Source: a virus
Taxonomy: Duplodnaviria > Caudoviricetes
Reading direction: 5' to 3' (one strand)
Length of the DNA: 64,000 bases
Virus record (IMG/VR): IMGVR_UViG_3300012007_000677
Span: 259 to 64,258 of that record
Part shown: in pieces, positions 11,601-24,857 of the stretch
How positions within the stretch are numbered: position 1 is the first letter of the stretch
Layout of the letters: every line of letters begins with the position of its first letter
Notes under the pieces: generated by a model
Seen by the model: the letters and a program-made list of their open reading frames with translations, nothing else
Told to the model about the DNA's origin: nothing
Databases searched by the model: none
Program-made: the position numbers and the translations under genes

Positions 11601-14600
11601 CCGTCGTATTCGAGAACAACGTCAAGGTCGCTATCCTTGCGAGCATCACCACGCAGGCGACTGCCGTTCAGGGCCATTCCCTTGATTTCGACATCAACGC
11701 CACTGTCTTCAAGCATCTCTTCAACGTCTCCGCGAACGGCGTCTAAGACCTCCTGGCGGGTGTACCCCTCCAAGCCCTGCACTTCGTCTCCTTCGGCAAA
11801 TTCGAGACGGTCAATGTAGTCCGTCAGCGCATCCATCTGAGCGCGCAACGCCGTGCGCTCTTCGGTGGCATAACCGCCGGACCTCCACCGCTTCTCTACG
11901 TCTGCATACATTTGGTAGGCATCGTTCAGACTTGTTTTGCCCTGAATGAGCATATCGGTATAGGAGTCTATCTCCTCACCATACTCGTTGTTGTGGCGAC
12001 GGTCGTACTCTTCCTGATAGAAGTCCCAGTCTCTCATCTCGCCGCTGCCAATCTCTTGGAGCAGGTCACCATCGGCCAGCTCCTTGATGCGCTCCATCAC
12101 CGTCTTGTCTTTCTGGCGGTCGCGGAACAGGTCGAGCTGCGGATTCCCAAACAGGTCCAGCTGAGCGCTGCTCCTTTTTGTGTTTTTCGAAAACCTCACA
12201 CCACCATTCAATGCTTCAATATCGGCATCCGTCACGGCACCCTGCTCGCGTTTCTGCGGCTCGCGGCCAGCAGCAGCCACCATCTCGTCCACCTCACTGG
12301 GAGTCAGCAGACGATTCACGCGCATAGCACCCGTGATAATCCACGGATCGGTATTCGGGTCAGGATTGGTGCGGTACTTGTATGCTCCATCTTCCGGCAC
12401 CCTCGGCAGTCCTGCATAAGAATGACGGAATTTGCCGTTCTCAGTCATGCCGTAACTCTCGGCCTCCTTCTGGTAGTCCTTGTCGTTAGCATATTCCACC
12501 TCGGCCCACACAAATCTTGCCGGGAACAGTTCTTTCTCACCCGTTTCTGCGTTTTCTCGGTTGAACTGTGAGGCATAAGGTATCTCGCCCAGATGCCAAC
12601 CGGGGCGGTATGCCAGCTGGCCACTGCCACCCTGCGTACCCTTGCCTCCGGCCTTCACCTTTTTGCGCCCGCTCTTCGTCTCTGCCACCACGGGCGCAGC
12701 ATCGGCGTCCAGCCATACTCCCATCGGCGTATCCTCACCGCCAGGATTGGCCACCATAGGAGGATACAGCTTGCCGTCTTTCAGGTAGAACACCTTGTAG
12801 CCAATACCCTTTTTCTTCGGCTCATCCTTAGTGCGCTTGGAGAATTTTACTCCGCCGTCCGACAGCTCCTGCGCCTCACTCTGCGTGCGCTCCCATGCCA
12901 TCACGCGCTGAGAATACTCCAGCGGGCTCTCACCCTCTTTGGGCTCCGGCGCCTTGGCTGCAACAGGGGCTTCCTTAATGGTCTCTATATTGGCATATTC
13001 CTTAAATGGTTTGGTCTTACGCTTAGAGCTGTCCACCCACTTGCGGAATTCCTCCTTGCTCACACCGGTAATGTCGCCAAGACCCTTCCAGCCCTCTTCG
13101 TAGTTGGATAGGTAAGCATCGCGAGCTTCTGCTTCACTCTGGAAGCCGTACATCACCTTATGTTCATCGAACTTGCCCGTCTTGGGGTCAACCTGATCAA
13201 CGACATACACATTGCCCTGAGTCGGATTCTCCGAAAGGAAGATGTCAACGTGGTCTCCGTCCTTACCCTTTGTGCCACGAATGTATCCGTAGGTATAGTG
13301 CATCTTCGTCTCCCATGCCTTGCCGTCGGGATCTGTGCCGCGACGCACGCTGCCTGCAGGATTCTCTATGGTAATTTGATAGCCGTCCAGATGAGCGTGC
13401 CCCATCTTGTAGTTGCCGCTCTTCTTTTCAGCTTCAGAAGGATTGGTGTCCGTCTCGGCTATTGCCGTGCGGATACTCTCCAAATCGTCAATTTGACTGT
13501 CTGTTGCGCCACGTTGTTTTTGATTCATCCAACGCGACACGCGACCGGCGTAGTCCTTCCAGTCTTCGCCCTCTTTGGGTGCCGGGGTTTCTTTGGAATA
13601 ATCTACGCCTTGCCCGCTACTCTTTTCTCTGCCTCCCGAAGAGCGTCGAGCTTCGCCCAAGTCTCCCGGGCGTCCTGATGCAGGGCGTCGATCTGCTCTC
13701 GCGTCAGCCAATACGAGGAGTTCTCTTGCTTCGCCTTTTGTGAGGCCTGCGATGTCATCTGCGATGCCGAGTTCTTTGAGTTGCTCATTTGTTATTCCTT
13801 TTTGTTTTAATTGTTCTATCTGTTCTGCTGTGGGTTGAAGCTTGGAGCCGCCTGCGCTGGCTGTCAAGGTTGTTACGGCCACCACCTTGCCGCCTTTACT
13901 CTCGATGTAGTCTTTGAGGTCGCGAAGTGTGCCGCCCATCGTCACATGGTCATCAACAAGGATATACTCCGTCCCGGCTTCCACGTCGCCGTCAAAGCGA
14001 GCCCGTCGTATCATGCGCCCGATTCTGTCCGAGCCGGTGTGTTGCGGCTTGTTGGTCTGAACAATGTCTGTGTGCCCAAAGCCGTAGTCAGCAAGCTCGT
14101 TTGCATAAGCTTCGGGAATCCTATTTGTTCCTGTCGCTTCCTCTGCATGAACAAAAGCCACCTTCGCATTCGGGTGCTGTTCAGCCAAGGCCCTGATGCG
14201 GTCTTCTTTGACTACAGCCTTCACCAGTCGAAAAGCAGCCTCTACATCTCCAGCTTTAGCTTTTTCGTGCAGGTCGGCATACTTCTTACGGACGATTGGC
14301 AGGATGCTGTGTATCATCACGTCGCCAACACCTTCTCTCCACTGTGCAGTTGGAGACATTGAGTTGCGCTGTTCCCTAACAGCCTCTCTGTCTCTTTCAG
14401 AGTGCAAAGATACGAATTTTTCTCCAATCTGCAAATCGTCTTCCGATGTTTTTTTGCTATTGATTGAAAAATCTTCCTTAGAGAACTGTACATCGCCTTG
14501 CGGTACAATTCCCTCGTCGAAATAACGGTCAATGTCGGCAAGCACCCTGGACGGCTTGGCGTTGTCATACTCAACGTATGCCTCGCTCGTGTCGCCGTCG

Positions 14601-17600
14601 CCTATCTCCACCTGCACCTGGCCTCCGTTTCTGCTCACAAGGCGTCGCAACAGCTCGCGCTGCTCCGGTGTAGGCTTGGCCGACAGGTTGATGAGACCAG
14701 CGTTGTCATCGATTCGAATGGCACCAGAACGGATAAAGTCTGTCATATCGGTCTCAATGCCCGTCTTCGTGTTGCCATCGCGCTCGTATGCAAGCTCACG
14801 GATATCGCGATGATCGACGGTGCGCCGCCCTGCGAGCGATGATGCGTCCGAACCATCGTTCAGCCAATGTTTTCCAGAGAAATCCAGCATCGTGCCGTCA
14901 GGAAGGATATATCCCGCCTCTCTCAGGTCATAAGTGCGCCCAAAGCGCTTCTTGGCCTCATTGAATAGCGTCTCGGCATTTTCCTTGGAGAAACGGATAT
15001 CGGGATTCTTGCCATCAAAGCGTCCCGTGTTTTCTGTGGCAGACTTTATTTGTGTAGATTCAAATACCACATATTCATCCACGGGCTCCTGCAAGCTGCC
15101 CATATCCACACCGTCACGGATGTTTTTGAAGATTACGCCATCATACCCCTGTACCTGCGCTTCTTCTGCCCAGTCATAAGTACCTTGCCGTTTACCATTG
15201 TGCTCGATAGAAGCAAAGTTTGCTCCCTTGCAATCTATCACCAGAGGCTTTCTTATATTCAAGTATACGGGGTAAACAGTATTACCATACCCACCGGCAT
15301 TGTTTTCATCCGCAACAAAGAAATGACCTGCGCTCGGGTTGCCGTCAGTCCACGTTGTTCTAAAGACATTAAACTTCTTATGTTCCGTATCATACCATCC
15401 GTGCTCCTCGTTCCACGCTTTCTCCTCTTCTGTGGAGTTTGTCCCATGATAAACCACCAACGGCTCACCGTTCTCGTCAACTACTTTGCTGGCTTTTTGG
15501 GGCTCTTTTTCCCAATCTCCGAACCATTTTTTGAAATTTTCGCTATGAATTTGAGATTTTTCGCTTTCTTCAAGCAAAAATTTTCCTTCATCGTAGGATT
15601 TTTCAACATTTTGCAGTAACTTTGCGCCAGAAATAGAATTGATTGAGGTCATTGCCGAATGTTCACTGCTGGCATTGTTGCCACCCGTGGAAGGCGCTTC
15701 AACCAATTCTATTTTTGTTACTTCATAACTGTGCGCTCTTGCGTCCCTATTTTCATCCGCATACTCACGAATTGTCGTTTTTACACGATAGATATTTCCA
15801 TCTATACGGGCTGCGCCATAAAATCTGTGTATCAAAGATTTCATGTTGACAGAGTTGTTTCTATTGCGCTCCCCGGCTTTATTTTTTGTATAGTCGGGGT
15901 GAACTTCAACTTCCACACTACCAGAGATTACTTCCGGTAACACTTTCAATACAGAGAGATGCACACCGAGATTTACACTCTTCTGTGTAGAGGAGGGAGA
16001 AACGTATTTCTCTATGGATTTTTTTCCTATTGTATAGGCGAACCTTTTATTGTCGCGTCCTGTGGCATAATACGTCCCGACAATATGCTTTTTTGCCCAT
16101 TGTTCGGCAGATTTTAAAGCTTCCGCACCGGTACCCCTAAAATCATGTCTTGGCACATCTATAACATCAAACTCAATACCCGAGAGTCCGCTCGTCACAT
16201 ATCCGCCGACATCGATTGCACGCTGGCGCCGCTCTTGAAAATCCTTAGCCTCCTTGGAGAACATCACCTGTCCCTGCATAACGCTCTCCTTCATCTCGGG
16301 AGTGATATCCACAGCCCACATGTGGCGCCCGGCCTCTTCGACGTTGGGGAGCTCGATGTCGTACACCTTCACGCCCCATTTCTTGCCGTACTTATTCATG
16401 AAGCGCGGCAATATCTCGTCATAGAAAACGCCCTTGCCCTCGGCACCAATACGCAACCCCTCGCCCTCGATCTTTGTGTTGTCAGGAGAGCTGAGTACCC
16501 TTACGGCCAGGTCCTTGCCTATCAATTCCGAAAGCGACTTACCAACAGTACCGTCGTTCATAGGTGTTCCCATCGAAGTACTGGTGGCTCGCACAATGCC
16601 GTCTTTATCGACATCATAACCTAACATGCCACCCTTCGTATCAAGCACAACAGTTTTCCAGTTTTCTGAATTGAGACTTTTGGCGATATAGATGTCCTTC
16701 ACCACAGTTCCTATATTATACCTCGCTGCCTGCTGCTCGCCGGTAGTCCACGCCATTTTATCATAACCGTTCTCTGCGGCATAGCGAAGCATACGCTTCA
16801 TGGTCAACTCATACCAATTCTTTGCAAAAGGAGCGTCAGGAACACCCACAACTGTCGCATAATCTTTTTTAACAAGATTAACAGCCTCTGCCTCTGTGTC
16901 AAAATCCTCATAGCCTATCTGCCGACCCTGACTATCCAGCGGCCTGAATTTGTCGGCTATCTTCTCAATTTGGCCGATGTGTATACCGTCGTGCTCAAAA
17001 ACGTTTGCAAAAGATATATGCTTGTACCTCTCATCTTTTACAGGGACATACTCACCAACATGCACCCCCTCAACAGGAAAGACATGCTCGAACCCCTTTC
17101 CTTTTGCGTCCTCAAAACGCTGGCTCTGCACCTCATCAATAACAAGCACACGGTTGCCGTCGCCTGTCGTCTCCCCGAACCTCGCCCAAGCGATAGCGCG
17201 TCCTTGCGTTGCGTCATCATCAAAATGTATCTCGCGCAAGTCTCCATGATACGGATCTGCAGTCGGCACAACAAGCGCAATCTCGCGCTTGTTGGTCAGC
17301 CCCTCTGTGGTAAGCCCCAAGCGTATTTCGTTGATAACATTCTTGTCGATGTCAAGATAGTGTCGTGCTGCCCCGGACAATTCGCCATCCCAGTCCGTAA
17401 CGGGTGACAGTTCGTTGTTGTCATACTCGAACGCAGACGCAAAGTCGTCGCCGTAGTCGCTCACCATTGCGTCAAACGCCTCTGCTGCATTGCCCGTTTC
17501 TTCGATGCGCTGCTTGAATTCCTCTGAGTATTTCTTCATAGCAGGCAAGGCCCAGATATCGTCGCCGGACATTTCTTCGTAATGCACATCCTCCACCTGT

Positions 17601-20600
17601 ATGGAGTTGTCCATGATGTATTTCAACACCTCGTCCTTGGTCAGCTTCTCACCTTTCTTGCTTCGCAGCCAGTCGGACAGGCCCATCCACTTGTCTTCGC
17701 CTGCCTTGATGCCACCCATCTTCTCGGCCATTGCCAGCCACTGTTCTGCCGTAGCCTTATCTTGTTTAATGTTGCGCACAGCAACCTCTGCGTTCGACAG
17801 GAAAATGGGATGTCTCTCGATCTCCTTCGGCTCAGCGTCCTCCTTGGAGAACTGCGGAGCCTCCATCTTAAGTATGGTCTTGTCTCCCTGCAGAGCAAGT
17901 TCGTAGTAGCGCTTGGCGTAGTCAATGGCATAGATGTTGCTATCTATCACGCGACGGGCGCCGTCAGTAACCACCGGAGATTTGCGTATCGTAACGTATT
18001 CATTTTGCAGCCGTTCAAGAGCGTCAATGTGGTCGCGGGTATCAACAAGGTTTTGTGGAGACATGTTCACCTTGATGCGCCCACCGTCCGCACCTTCGGA
18101 TATGATACTGTTCGGGCGGTGTCCAAGTATCCTATTGTTCAGGCCCCATTCCAGGCCATAAACACTAATTTCGTTTATGCCGCCACGTCCGAGACTGCGC
18201 CAATTAAGCTTCCTGCCTGCCTGCAAACCTTTCTCATAGTCTTTTTTGACAGCCGTGAGACGTTCTGTCTCTCTATACTGTTCCTCTAAACGTGCATTTT
18301 CGTGCTCTTTTTCACTTTCTTTTGAAAAATCTACACCGTTTTCTTGGTCGTTTACAAAAATATCCTTACCTTTGCTCTCAGAAGACAAGCCGCGCGTAAG
18401 GTCGGAAAGGGCGCCGACCTCTTTCGAGAATTCGGAAGGCAGTATGAGGAGTTGCCCGCCCTCACGGGCCGCTTGTCTTCTAATTTTTTGCAATCCCCTA
18501 TCATCAATAAAATGCCAATGGACAATTTCTACATTATCCTTATTTTCATTGATTTCTAATAACACTAATCTGTTGCGGTCTCCCTTCTTTGTATTAATGA
18601 CCACCCAGTTATATGGGCGACTTACCTTTTGATTCTGCCCATATAAATTAGTGTCATAAAGAGCATCATGTAAAATCTCACGACCGTCTTCTGCCGTTAC
18701 ATCGGGATGGTTCTGCAGGTTTCTTTCAAAAATATTCTTTTTGATAACCACAGGCTTACCGTTAATGCCCAATGCTTCCGTTACCTTTTGAGGAATCTGT
18801 GGCAGAACAATGTTGCGTTTCGGTGCTATGAAGTCGTCGTCGCTTATTTCATCAAGACTTTTCACATTTTCCAAAAACAACTTGCCGTTCTCATCTATTG
18901 GATTGCCTTGTTTGTCTACACGACCGCTCTCCATTGCCTTTTTATAGGCATTTTCTGCCAGAGACAGCAGGCGTTCACCCCTTTCGCCGTCCATGAGCAA
19001 TGGGTTGGCTTCCTGCGCTTTCTTTGTGAGCGAATCCCAGGTCTGCTTAAGAGTCTTCATCACAGCGGTCTGCCCTACCCATGATTTAATCTTGTCGGCG
19101 AGCGTTTTGGCTTCTTCCACACCAAGTCGCTTCATGAGCTCTCCGAACGCTCTTTCGTCTGTAAAGATTCTACCCAGACCGTCGTTGGCTATTTCGCTCA
19201 GCAGTTCACTGTCTGTACTGTTTTTGTAAACCTCTTCCCCTCTAAGGCTCTCCATCTTTTGTGCAACAAAGAGGGGGTCAAGCGTGTCCAGAATAGCGGC
19301 CTTTAACACCTCATATTGTTGAGGTGCTGCCTCTTCGACCTGATGTCCGGTCTCATGGCCCATCGTCCAGACGAGCGCGTGTTCGCTGTTTGTGTTGATT
19401 ACGATTGTTCCGTCCTTCCTGCGATATCCGTTGTAACTGCTTGCTTCAAGCGGGTCTTTGGGCTTTGACGTGATCGACTCGTCTGCCATCATGGTGTCGT
19501 ACATGTTATCTGTGAACACCACTTTCACGCCAAGTTTCCCGGCCAGCTTCTCTATCTGCTCGCGCGCAATCTCCTTGGGTTGGCGATAGTTATCCGGATT
19601 ATCGATATCTCCCGCCAGAACCTCTTTCCTTCGGCCGGTCATCTCGCTCAACAGGCTAAGCCAATAGTCCTGCTCACGGGCAATCTTGGCACGCCTGGCG
19701 TTGCGTTCGCGTGCAGAAGCTGCCATGGCATTCAGGTCTCCACTTTCCTCTCCTGCGGACTCTGCGACCTCTTTGCTTTGCTTTGTAAGCGACTTTATCT
19801 TAGCAGCCACAACGCGCTGAGCACGGCCCAAATCCCCATCAAAAGCCTCGCTAAGAGCATCGATAGCATTGACAACAGACGTGCCGGCCTCGGCCATGCC
19901 GTTGAGGTCGGCGTTGCCCTCCTGGTCTCTTGGTACGGGCACATCCTCAACATCGACAACAGGCACCTTTTTCCCGGACTTACCGCCTTTGTTAAACCGC
20001 CCTTCCTCTGCTTCTGCCTCTCTTCTTTCTATATCTTTTGCCTTGATAGCCTCCACCTCCTCCTTGAAGTAGCGTTCGTCATCAACGCGCTGCTCCTGCT
20101 CGCGCAACAATTGTGTCAGCTCCTCTTCCGTCACAGCACGCTGGGCACCGTCTTCACTCTGGATCATCCATGTGCCGTTGCCGTCGGTTCCGACAACCGT
20201 TTCGCGCACGACGTTGCCCTGCTCATCGGCTACAGTCTCCACCACTTGACCCACTTCGGGCTTTGTGTCGCCAAAAATAGCATCTCGCTCTGCTGTCACG
20301 TTGGGGTACATGGAGCGCATCACTTCGTCCACATTGTGCATCTCAAACTCTCCTGCATCACGGCGCATCATGGTACGGGCACGTGAGCGGTCTGCAGACG
20401 CAAAGTCTATGGTGCCATCCTGGGCGGTCTCCACGGGCACAACAATCATGCTGTCCATGTCGGCGTTGAGCACAACGAAAGCCTTGTCGCCCATGCGCAC
20501 CACGCGAACATTGCCATCAGCGTCGGCCATCAGCTCGCTCTTGGCAAATTTCTCAGCCGCGCCGTAGGCCTCAGAGTGGTTGCCGTTATGCGTTTCGAGC

Positions 20601-23143
20601 ATGGCGTCGTAAATGGCTTTCTGGCGAAGATAATATTCAAACAGATGTTCGTCAGCCTTGCTGCCCTCATGGCGTGCTTTTGCTGCGCGAAAACGCAACA
20701 CCTGTTCGTGCATGGCTTTCGCGTCGCCGGAGGCGTACAGCTTACGTCCCTCTGAGCGAAGCTGCTCCAATTCGCCGTCTGAAATAAGCTCCCTGGTTGC
20801 ATTCTCGTCTTTTTGGTTATCCAACATTCCGGGCTTGGTATACTGCTCCAGCAACTGCATGAAGTCGCTCATCACCTGATCCCCAAGCTTCGTACGGGAA
20901 TCAGACTCTACCGCACCACGAACAGCTTCCACGGGGACACCATGTTTCTCTGCTATGTCGTAAAGGGCATCTTCGTAGGGCGTCTCCGTTAGGTCCATGA
21001 ACGTTTGTCTTACGTCAAGAAACTCCTCCCTTACTTTTCTCTCGTCCCCGGTCAAGTTCTTTTCGTCCTTAGCAAGAATCTCCGTCATCTGTTCGGGGTA
21101 AACACCACGACGGAACATTTCCGCAAACGCCATCGGTGTTGCCTTGGCCAGCTTGACCGTCTCGCTCTGCTGCTGACAGAACTTGCGCCAGTTCTGCGTG
21201 ACGGTTTCGCCCATCTCTTCACGATATTGCTGAGCTTCCTGTTCTGTGGCAAAGATGGTTCTCTTCTGGAATGTTCCATTTCCATCAAACTCATCCACGC
21301 GGTATTGTGTCACAGGGTTGCCTTTGCTGTCCAAAACGATGTACGGCTGCACGTCGCCAAGCTTGGTTGTTTCCATGACGGGAACATTCGGATTCAGCCC
21401 TGCAGCTTTCAGGAGCATGTTTTTCTGCTCCACCGACAACGCTTTATTTTCAATGATACCCATGGCACGACGATACCATAGCTGCTGTTTGGGGTCAAGA
21501 TCGGTGTACAGCTCGGCGTTTTGGAACAGCCATTTGCGGGCGTCACCATCGCGCACCACTGGGATGCCAGCGTTACGGAATGCCATCTTGTCCGCTTCCG
21601 TGAAATGAACGTTGCCAAGAGCTTCTTTTTGGGCTCTTGCTGCACGAATTTTATCTGGAGCTGCAGCCAGCTCAATCATCATAGTGGTGAGCGCAGAGTT
21701 TGCCAGCACATCACCCCAATCGACATCGTTGATATCAAAGTTGGGGTCTGTGGCCCATCGTTTCATTACGTCGGACACCGCAAATACCGCCGTTGTTGCA
21801 GCAAATTTCTCACCCGCACGCAAAGCCTCTTGCGGCTTACCAAAGTGTCCTTTGTTCAACATGGCAGCACCCTCATGGCGCTTGGCGAGACCCGTTTTAA
21901 CAGAGCCAAGCGCAAAGCCCGTCAGCGCCCCAGAAGCATAGTTCATGCCGAAGTTCTTTGCTGCCTGCCAAACACTGACTTCGTCCTGTGCGATATCATT
22001 TAGCAGCCCGCTTGTGCCCTCATACAGGCCAAACGTGCCACCTTCATGCAGACCTGCACGCACAGCCGTACTTAGGAAACCGTTGCCGCTCAGAGTGCTG
22101 GCACGGGCCAACCTTCCAAGACCGGCTGTATTAGAAACCGCGCCAAACAGTCGGAACGGGCCTGCATCCGCAATAAACGGAACGGCCATCCTGCCAAACG
22201 CCATTGCACCTGCAGCAACCTTTTCGGCTGCGCCGCCGTTTTCAAGCTCTTCCTTCAACCTTTCGTCATACCTTACTTGAGCTTCCTGCTCCACGCCACG
22301 AATTTCGTTTGGCACACCAGCTGTGCTTTGTAAGATCCTACCTATGATACTCTGACGCAATGGAGAAAGTGCGGCATCTATGGCATTCTTCGGCATCTTG
22401 CGCCTTACCAGCTCTTCCCTTACCTTATTTTCGACAACAGGAAGCAAGAGCTTTTTTACATACTCCTCTTCTGTTAAATTCAAGGCTGCAGCATTGTTGC
22501 GTATGTTGCTCAATGCCAAGGGGGTATCCAGATTATCAGCAATATTGTCAACAATTTGAGAAGGAACATACTTCATGTTTGCCTCATATGGCGTTAGGTA
22601 TAAATCTTTCTCTCCATGTCGCGATGCAACAATTTTCTCGCCCTCGCTCATATCCTCGTTGCGCACCAATGTCTGATTGATGTAGTCATCCATCTGCATT
22701 ATACCTGCACGCGCCACGTCACTGGCCAGCCTGTCTGTATTGCTGTCCACAGCAGGATACTTGCTTTCTACCGGCTCTGCCTCACGTTTCGGTGGAACCG
22801 TTGCGGCAACCGCATCGGATGGGGCTATGGGTTGCTCCTCCGGATTGAAGTGTCTGCCACCACGCTCCCAAAGTGGGCGCTGGGCATTCTCCAACGCCTC
22901 TCTTCGCACCTCGGGCTCAACTATCTGGGCTCGTCTTTGGATGTTTTCAGAAGCGGTCTCGCCCCAATCTTTGATAGGATTAGGCATGTCATCCCAAGAG
23001 CGGATAGGCGTTTCCCCTTGACCAATGCCATCGCGCACGTTCTCTCGGACATTCTCCTCCACGCGCTCGGAAAAGGCATTATCAAAATCCGCTGCCCCCC
23101 AGTTAAGTCCCCACTTTTTATCTTTATCTTTCTTCGTCGCCAT
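5600..23143 (-). CDS. Giant polyvalent protein, 5,847 aa (metallopeptidase, PBECR-like and LPD-type nuclease-like, ART-like, PRTase, pyrophosphatase-like, nucleotidyltransferase, zeta-toxin-like kinase modules); likely ejected virion protein
   Basis: Motifs GHETGH; [11 protein letters not shown]...HWHF; IDEVQSQ; FKKWFGDW...VVYHGT...EYVVF; [14 protein letters not shown]; ITIENPAGS...[10 protein letters not shown]; [15 protein letters not shown]; [11 protein letters not shown]. Confidence 0.9.
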   Translation of the reverse strand: MATKKDKDKKWGLNWGAADFDNAFSERVEENVRENVRDGIGQGETPIRSWDDMPNPIKDWGETASENIQRRAQIVEPEVRREALENAQRPLWERGGRHFNPEEQPIAPSDAVAATVPPKREAEPVESKYPAVDSNTDRLASDVARAGIMQMDDYINQTLVRNEDMSEGEKIVASRHGEKDLYLTPYEANMKYVPSQIVDNIADNLDTPLALSNIRNNAAALNLTEEEYVKKLLLPVVENKVREELVRRKMPKNAIDAALSPLRQSIIGRILQSTAGVPNEIRGVEQEAQVRYDERLKEELENGGAAEKVAAGAMAFGRMAVPFIADAGPFRLFGAVSNTAGLGRLARASTLSGNGFLSTAVRAGLHEGGTFGLYEGTSGLLNDIAQDEVSVWQAAKNFGMNYASGALTGFALGSVKTGLAKRHEGAAMLNKGHFGKPQEALRAGEKFAATTAVFAVSDVMKRWATDPNFDINDVDWGDVLANSALTTMMIELAAAPDKIRAARAQKEALGNVHFTEADKMAFRNAGIPVVRDGDARKWLFQNAELYTDLDPKQQLWYRRAMGIIENKALSVEQKNMLLKAAGLNPNVPVMETTKLGDVQPYIVLDSKGNPVTQYRVDEFDGNGTFQKRTIFATEQEAQQYREEMGETVTQNWRKFCQQQSETVKLAKATPMAFAEMFRRGVYPEQMTEILAKDEKNLTGDERKVREEFLDVRQTFMDLTETPYEDALYDIAEKHGVPVEAVRGAVESDSRTKLGDQVMSDFMQLLEQYTKPGMLDNQKDENATRELISDGELEQLRSEGRKLYASGDAKAMHEQVLRFRAAKARHEGSKADEHLFEYYLRQKAIYDAMLETHNGNHSEAYGAAEKFAKSELMADADGNVRVVRMGDKAFVVLNADMDSMIVVPVETAQDGTIDFASADRSRARTMMRRDAGEFEMHNVDEVMRSMYPNVTAERDAIFGDTKPEVGQVVETVADEQGNVVRETVVGTDGNGTWMIQSEDGAQRAVTEEELTQLLREQEQRVDDERYFKEEVEAIKAKDIERREAEAEEGRFNKGGKSGKKVPVVDVEDVPVPRDQEGNADLNGMAEAGTSVVNAIDALSEAFDGDLGRAQRVVAAKIKSLTKQSKEVAESAGEESGDLNAMAASARERNARRAKIAREQDYWLSLLSEMTGRRKEVLAGDIDNPDNYRQPKEIAREQIEKLAGKLGVKVVFTDNMYDTMMADESITSKPKDPLEASSYNGYRRKDGTIVINTNSEHALVWTMGHETGHQVEEAAPQQYEVLKAAILDTLDPLFVAQKMESLRGEEVYKNSTDSELLSEIANDGLGRIFTDERAFGELMKRLGVEEAKTLADKIKSWVGQTAVMKTLKQTWDSLTKKAQEANPLLMDGERGERLLSLAENAYKKAMESGRVDKQGNPIDENGKLFLENVKSLDEISDDDFIAPKRNIVLPQIPQKVTEALGINGKPVVIKKNIFERNLQNHPDVTAEDGREILHDALYDTNLYGQNQKVSRPYNWVVINTKKGDRNRLVLLEINENKDNVEIVHWHFIDDRGLQKIRRQAAREGGQLLILPSEFSKEVGALSDLTRGLSSESKGKDIFVNDQENGVDFSKESEKEHENARLEEQYRETERLTAVKKDYEKGLQAGRKLNWRSLGRGGINEISVYGLEWGLNNRILGHRPNSIISEGADGGRIKVNMSPQNLVDTRDHIDALERLQNEYVTIRKSPVVTDGARRVIDSNIYAIDYAKRYYELALQGDKTILKMEAPQFSKEDAEPKEIERHPIFLSNAEVAVRNIKQDKATAEQWLAMAEKMGGIKAGEDKWMGLSDWLRSKKGEKLTKDEVLKYIMDNSIQVEDVHYEEMSGDDIWALPAMKKYSEEFKQRIEETGNAAEAFDAMVSDYGDDFASAFEYDNNELSPVTDWDGELSGAARHYLDIDKNVINEIRLGLTTEGLTNKREIALVVPTADPYHGDLREIHFDDDATQGRAIAWARFGETTGDGNRVLVIDEVQSQRFEDAKGKGFEHVFPVEGVHVGEYVPVKDERYKHISFANVFEHDGIHIGQIEKIADKFRPLDSQGRQIGYEDFDTEAEAVNLVKKDYATVVGVPDAPFAKNWYELTMKRMLRYAAENGYDKMAWTTGEQQAARYNIGTVVKDIYIAKSLNSENWKTVVLDTKGGMLGYDVDKDGIVRATSTSMGTPMNDGTVGKSLSELIGKDLAVRVLSSPDNTKIEGEGLRIGAEGKGVFYDEILPRFMNKYGKKWGVKVYDIELPNVEEAGRHMWAVDITPEMKESVMQGQVMFSKEAKDFQERRQRAIDVGGYVTSGLSGIEFDVIDVPRHDFRGTGAEALKSAEQWAKKHIVGTYYATGRDNKRFAYTIGKKSIEKYVSPSSTQKSVNLGVHLSVLKVLPEVISGSVEVEVHPDYTKNKAGERNRNNSVNMKSLIHRFYGAARIDGNIYRVKTTIREYADENRDARAHSYEVTKIELVEAPSTGGNNASSEHSAMTSINSISGAKLLQNVEKSYDEGKFLLEESEKSQIHSENFKKWFGDWEKEPQKASKVVDENGEPLVVYHGTNSTEEEKAWNEEHGWYDTEHKKFNVFRTTWTDGNPSAGHFFVADENNAGGYGNTVYPVYLNIRKPLVIDCKGANFASIEHNGKRQGTYDWAEEAQVQGYDGVIFKNIRDGVDMGSLQEPVDEYVVFESTQIKSATENTGRFDGKNPDIRFSKENAETLFNEAKKRFGRTYDLREAGYILPDGTMLDFSGKHWLNDGSDASSLAGRRTVDHRDIRELAYERDGNTKTGIETDMTDFIRSGAIRIDDNAGLINLSAKPTPEQRELLRRLVSRNGGQVQVEIGDGDTSEAYVEYDNAKPSRVLADIDRYFDEGIVPQGDVQFSKEDFSINSKKTSEDDLQIGEKFVSLHSERDREAVREQRNSMSPTAQWREGVGDVMIHSILPIVRKKYADLHEKAKAGDVEAAFRLVKAVVKEDRIRALAEQHPNAKVAFVHAEEATGTNRIPEAYANELADYGFGHTDIVQTNKPQHTGSDRIGRMIRRARFDGDVEAGTEYILVDDHVTMGGTLRDLKDYIESKGGKVVAVTTLTASAGGSKLQPTAEQIEQLKQKGITNEQLKELGIADDIAGLTKGEARELLVLADARADRRPASGRPGDLGEARRSSGGREKSSGQGVDYSKETPAPKEGEDWKDYAGRVSRWMNQKQRGATDSQIDDLESIRTAIAETDTNPSEAEKKSGNYKMGHAHLDGYQITIENPAGSVRRGTDPDGKAWETKMHYTYGYIRGTKGKDGDHVDIFLSENPTQGNVYVVDQVDPKTGKFDEHKVMYGFQSEAEARDAYLSNYEEGWKGLGDITGVSKEEFRKWVDSSKRKTKPFKEYANIETIKEAPVAAKAPEPKEGESPLEYSQRVMAWERTQSEAQELSDGGVKFSKRTKDEPKKKGIGYKVFYLKDGKLYPPMVANPGGEDTPMGVWLDADAAPVVAETKSGRKKVKAGGKGTQGGSGQLAYRPGWHLGEIPYASQFNRENAETGEKELFPARFVWAEVEYANDKDYQKEAESYGMTENGKFRHSYAGLPRVPEDGAYKYRTNPDPNTDPWIITGAMRVNRLLTPSEVDEMVAAAGREPQKREQGAVTDADIEALNGGVRFSKNTKRSSAQLDLFGNPQLDLFRDRQKDKTVMERIKELADGDLLQEIGSGEMRDWDFYQEEYDRRHNNEYGEEIDSYTDMLIQGKTSLNDAYQMYADVEKRWRSGGYATEERTALRAQMDALTDYIDRLEFAEGDEVQGLEGYTRQEVLDAVRGDVEEMLEDSGVDVEIKGMALNGSRLRGDARKDSDLDVVLEYDGDVSEDALFNILNENPIEFDGIKVDINPITEGKSGTLEQYMARSRQYDEEVGVRFSKESEDFAEKYSGGNEDKKAQIADRISKINTIKKKFGPESLLSEESLVSLQREIKKPIDHFYNVVAEKIADEYINEKFGSGTNVIDPDELRERAFAVVGYDGTNVSLYGKNDDLIAKVYRKALAKAIADNNPTVILLTGHAGAGKSTSLRTSGIDTSKAGVVYDSAFNTYESLARAINTAKEAGVKESDIRVVAVYNDPVTSFSNTLARAKKEGRTVPFNYFFGHAFVSNNGKIRDLSDNFPEVNIVCLDNSRNSSKGEVSLDEAKDWDYGVSEQQFEEALKLIEDEINRKERGLAEHQIASIARGLSGTRRLPHRLDGVAKRIEVRLPGNGRRESVGEVGGGLTPDSGVKYSKDSDIKKGKSELWKQTWDEVKDNAHYRDMLLDLEPHTIEEVAAGILRGGGLLWGDVKDSEGKVLVKGVRSFMGYKEGERKKFFGLFTSEENGGRGFERVGEEVETECQRLGIPYDENDPMAGVNALQSVLSECGGKGQLNDYIQYKRVLEVSSQIKADEDAEQEALDEEYYDRYGMDKSTYDQIFEEVSGEKERRKSKETIDLLQRKVEQQNEKMERMWTELKAERTNKEGKAAIERLIQQNKAAREENAALRAELNEKRDDGKKLDNTRIAMERRENIRKQLIDYIREQVASEWMPYTTKQELNKLLSAVQNATTQEGLEKAMLEVRNVSTAGMVRAQQQRLDRMLALKVQGVNGKNMSIAKTVDDRTRVILRGVNQRVMDNKMAGLLERMDDLRRNRMKVNAELRRLRRDGDPDGRISKLEEDLREMESHMAATEQEMEDIRQAKPGTRESDINEELKALEEKMDRAARKEAVWTTEDTDLMTQLKLMQALIEPREFEVQEANIRRQISEKIDLQKATTQERNATADDAKRHELTGKIRQIRSEIEMLKEQRNQAQMARSEALSRVIELFDGVIKGGRESLQAKTEREAQRRIMLIREAVHSVWGKDPNETTRKGQEEISDATKESAVKRLFSAPMSSFDYMTQKVATDGVGKDSWLYRYFMEGKDGVIEAYNTYLTGMREQKDALNAKVEELFGTKNSKILRTDAWVKQAAKADEIENHSGVTMVDAYGNRLEMPMSKGQATYIWARWQMADGKVKLQNQGFDDTSIAEIEKFVGPKYIELAKWLSSEFLAGSRAKYNERYREMYNTSMARIENYVPMGIFKGAVRQQSDLSEDAAQRKSLETRAGSLINRKFNVLPVDITQSIFDAISAHVEQMENWYAYARVRRDLDAILSNTYFRNQLNANHAGDFERFYEAAAVATKSYIPGDAKYGDETISILNKGLVAGNIAYRLNTALKQLLSAPAYLGYSQNPVFMGILAKNCATGALWQNWKWCYDHIPSFRERVDVGDLGDNRLSENTATAIGQRLQKYASIGMIPNRIVDGVTVSIGAKAIHDYALRKYLKLAAVGNPTLEERAQRIQEAHRMAKMEADIFYNQTQQSSHPAFLSPMQLSRSLMDRALTVYQNANLGYTRAMMNAARDLISAKDYQRTINGLARRYESFGLSTEDAMKLARQDAWKKYPNLLTRLGLFGWGLKCAWNWGSNGLLGFLQNDDDEKRKDGETQEQYEKRMALRNSNDFISYLLTPVQGTPGGNMLFTFKDYMLGEEGKKFDYNPILFVDELNKMMMDMSKDVQDGGVLNTMLAAHILMHISKFGGVDPQTFGNMYIGVEGLVKNGYPYDDALVDFMYFLNTPRNGRMEAARTLFIEYRPNATEEEFQKVVGYADGFLTRYSWLGEYMPGIKAAEGEKAEKEVKSLAKELHNGGHEIEKLAKGGGYISYDEDWAPGEINNPDTYKEQKLFDDIVEDIKVGDIRNQLNELKKERAGEVASARTRSDVRAKHEAAKWDRQHKQTIDLGIVYDSYNRLDKSLKEQLTGDREQDIEVMRRIRALRARFLDITKNPTRISDRAWEIQHKKSKNERKRMEENELWQK
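14405..14435 (-). promoter_or_regulatory. Candidate internal promoter inside the giant ORF (TTTG-N19-TATCTTTG)
   Basis: + strand caaagata at 14405-14412 and caaa at 14432-14435, just after an FSKE linker and upstream of the PRTase module. Confidence 0.5.
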
Positions 23144-23170
23144 GTTGTTTGTTATTGTTGGTTTGTTGGT

Positions 23171-24322
23171 TTATTCTTCTATTAACGTCGCGTTCTCTTC
23201 AAGATATTTTTCTTGTTGAAGTGGTGTCAAATCATCAAACCATTCATCGATTTCAGTTACATCTGCGTTAGGATTCTTGATGTTATACGCATGTTTCAAA
23301 GCTCTCTCTATTTGACTTTCAGGATATTTTTTGTTACCAACCTTATAGTACCTCGCCTTGCTTTTACCTCTGCTGCCACCAGAGCCACCAGACTTGCCTC
23401 TACGAACCAGGCCTGCAGCAATAGCCGCGTCTTCGTGACTCATGCCCCGTCCTACATAGTCTAAATATGCGTTCGCCTGAGATTCCTTCATCCGTTCAAC
23501 CGCAGACTTAGAAGGTTGGTGCTCACGCTTGTATGTTTCACGACGTTCGAAGTCTTCAAAATCCTCCGCTCTTTGCTGTTGTCTTGCTGCAGCGCGCCTT
23601 GCCTCGGCCTCTTGCTGCAGGCGCTCGCGCTCCTGCTTCTGGAAGGTATTGGCCCAAGCATCCCAATTCTGTGCAGCACGCACCTCTTCGAGCCTGCGCA
23701 TACGGTCTCCAAGCCCTGGCTCCTGGCTCTTTCCTGCAGGAATAAAGGTGCGTCCTGCCTTTCCGTAACCATAGGCTGCTGCTGCTTTGAGAACGTCAGC
23801 AACAGGTTGAATGGCGTCGGCCAAAAAATGTCGTACCCTGTCGCGCTTTTCCTGCTTGGCAGTCTTGTCCATGCTATGATTGCCCAGCATTGCTCGGTAT
23901 GTTTCCGGTTCAAGCGACGGCAAATTGTGTTCCTTGCGGTAGTTCAATATGTTATACAGAAAGTCCCCTCCTTTCAGTGTAGATTTCAGGCCAGGCTCTC
24001 TTTTTAGCACATCATCCAAGGTGATAAACCTTTTGACACCATTTTCCTCTGTCTCACCCGACAACCACCAGGGCTCATTGATTTCCTTGTGAGTTTGATT
24101 TATCTGGCCGCTGTTGTCTTCCGGTGTAATCTTTATAGACACACCCTCACCCTCCCTGTGTTCTACTCCAGGTACGGCAACACTGGCCCCAGACACCATT
24201 CCCTCGTTGTAATGACCGTCTGACGCAGACACACCGGCTGAATTTGCGGTTACAACCCCGCTCCCATCTTTCGGTTCACCATATATCGGGGCAAGTGAAT
24301 TTTTCTTTTCTTCCTTAGCCAT
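23171..24322 (-). CDS. Putative internal virion/ejection protein
   Basis: 383 aa, coiled-coil and Gly/Ala-rich, directly upstream of the giant gene. Confidence 0.45.
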   Translation of the reverse strand: MAKEEKKNSLAPIYGEPKDGSGVVTANSAGVSASDGHYNEGMVSGASVAVPGVEHREGEGVSIKITPEDNSGQINQTHKEINEPWWLSGETEENGVKRFITLDDVLKREPGLKSTLKGGDFLYNILNYRKEHNLPSLEPETYRAMLGNHSMDKTAKQEKRDRVRHFLADAIQPVADVLKAAAAYGYGKAGRTFIPAGKSQEPGLGDRMRRLEEVRAAQNWDAWANTFQKQERERLQQEAEARRAAARQQQRAEDFEDFERRETYKREHQPSKSAVERMKESQANAYLDYVGRGMSHEDAAIAAGLVRRGKSGGSGGSRGKSKARYYKVGNKKYPESQIERALKHAYNIKNPNADVTEIDEWFDDLTPLQQEKYLEENATLIEE

Positions 24323-24369
24323 TATTGTTTCTGTTTTGTCTATTACTCAACCTTGTGGAGACGGTTGGG

Positions 24370-24846
24370 TTAGCCCCCACCAAAGGCTTTCATTGCGGAG
24401 CCACCGAGTGCAGCGACGCCCTGAATACCGGCCTGAGCCAACTGTGCGCCGAGCTGTGCTTCTGTCTTGGCTTGATCGTAGCGGTGCTCACTCTGCGTCT
24501 TGGCGTAGTCGCGTGCCACGTCCTGATATCCCTGCATGGCACGCATGGCATTTCCCGTGGAAGCTGCCGCCATCTGCGAGGTGGCATCGCTAACAGCCTT
24601 GCCCGCTCGGGCTCTGGCATCTGCCATTGCGCTCTCTGTGGCGCCACTGACAGCAGCTGCGGCCTGCTGGTCCCTCAGGTTCTCCTTCATCATGTCGCGC
24701 ATCCTGGACTCAGCGTGCTGCGTGGAGGCGTCCTGTCCGCTTTCGAACTGAGCTCGCAACGCCTTGTAGTCAGCGCCGAGCCCGCCCTTATAATCCTCCA
24801 TGTACTGGTCGGCCTCTCTGGTCAACTTTTCGTCAAAACTTCCCAT
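24370..24846 (-). CDS. Putative small ejection (pilot-like) protein
   Basis: 158 aa, Ala/Gln-rich helical, Gly-rich amphipathic C-terminus. Confidence 0.45.
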   Translation of the reverse strand: MGSFDEKLTREADQYMEDYKGGLGADYKALRAQFESGQDASTQHAESRMRDMMKENLRDQQAAAAVSGATESAMADARARAGKAVSDATSQMAAASTGNAMRAMQGYQDVARDYAKTQSEHRYDQAKTEAQLGAQLAQAGIQGVAALGGSAMKAFGGG

Positions 24847-24857
24847 AGTCTTATTTT

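Noticed and set aside
5600-23143. Tape measure protein or virion RNA polymerase
   Set aside because: No tail tube or sheath genes and no RNAP catalytic motif seen; domain content fits a polyvalent protein.
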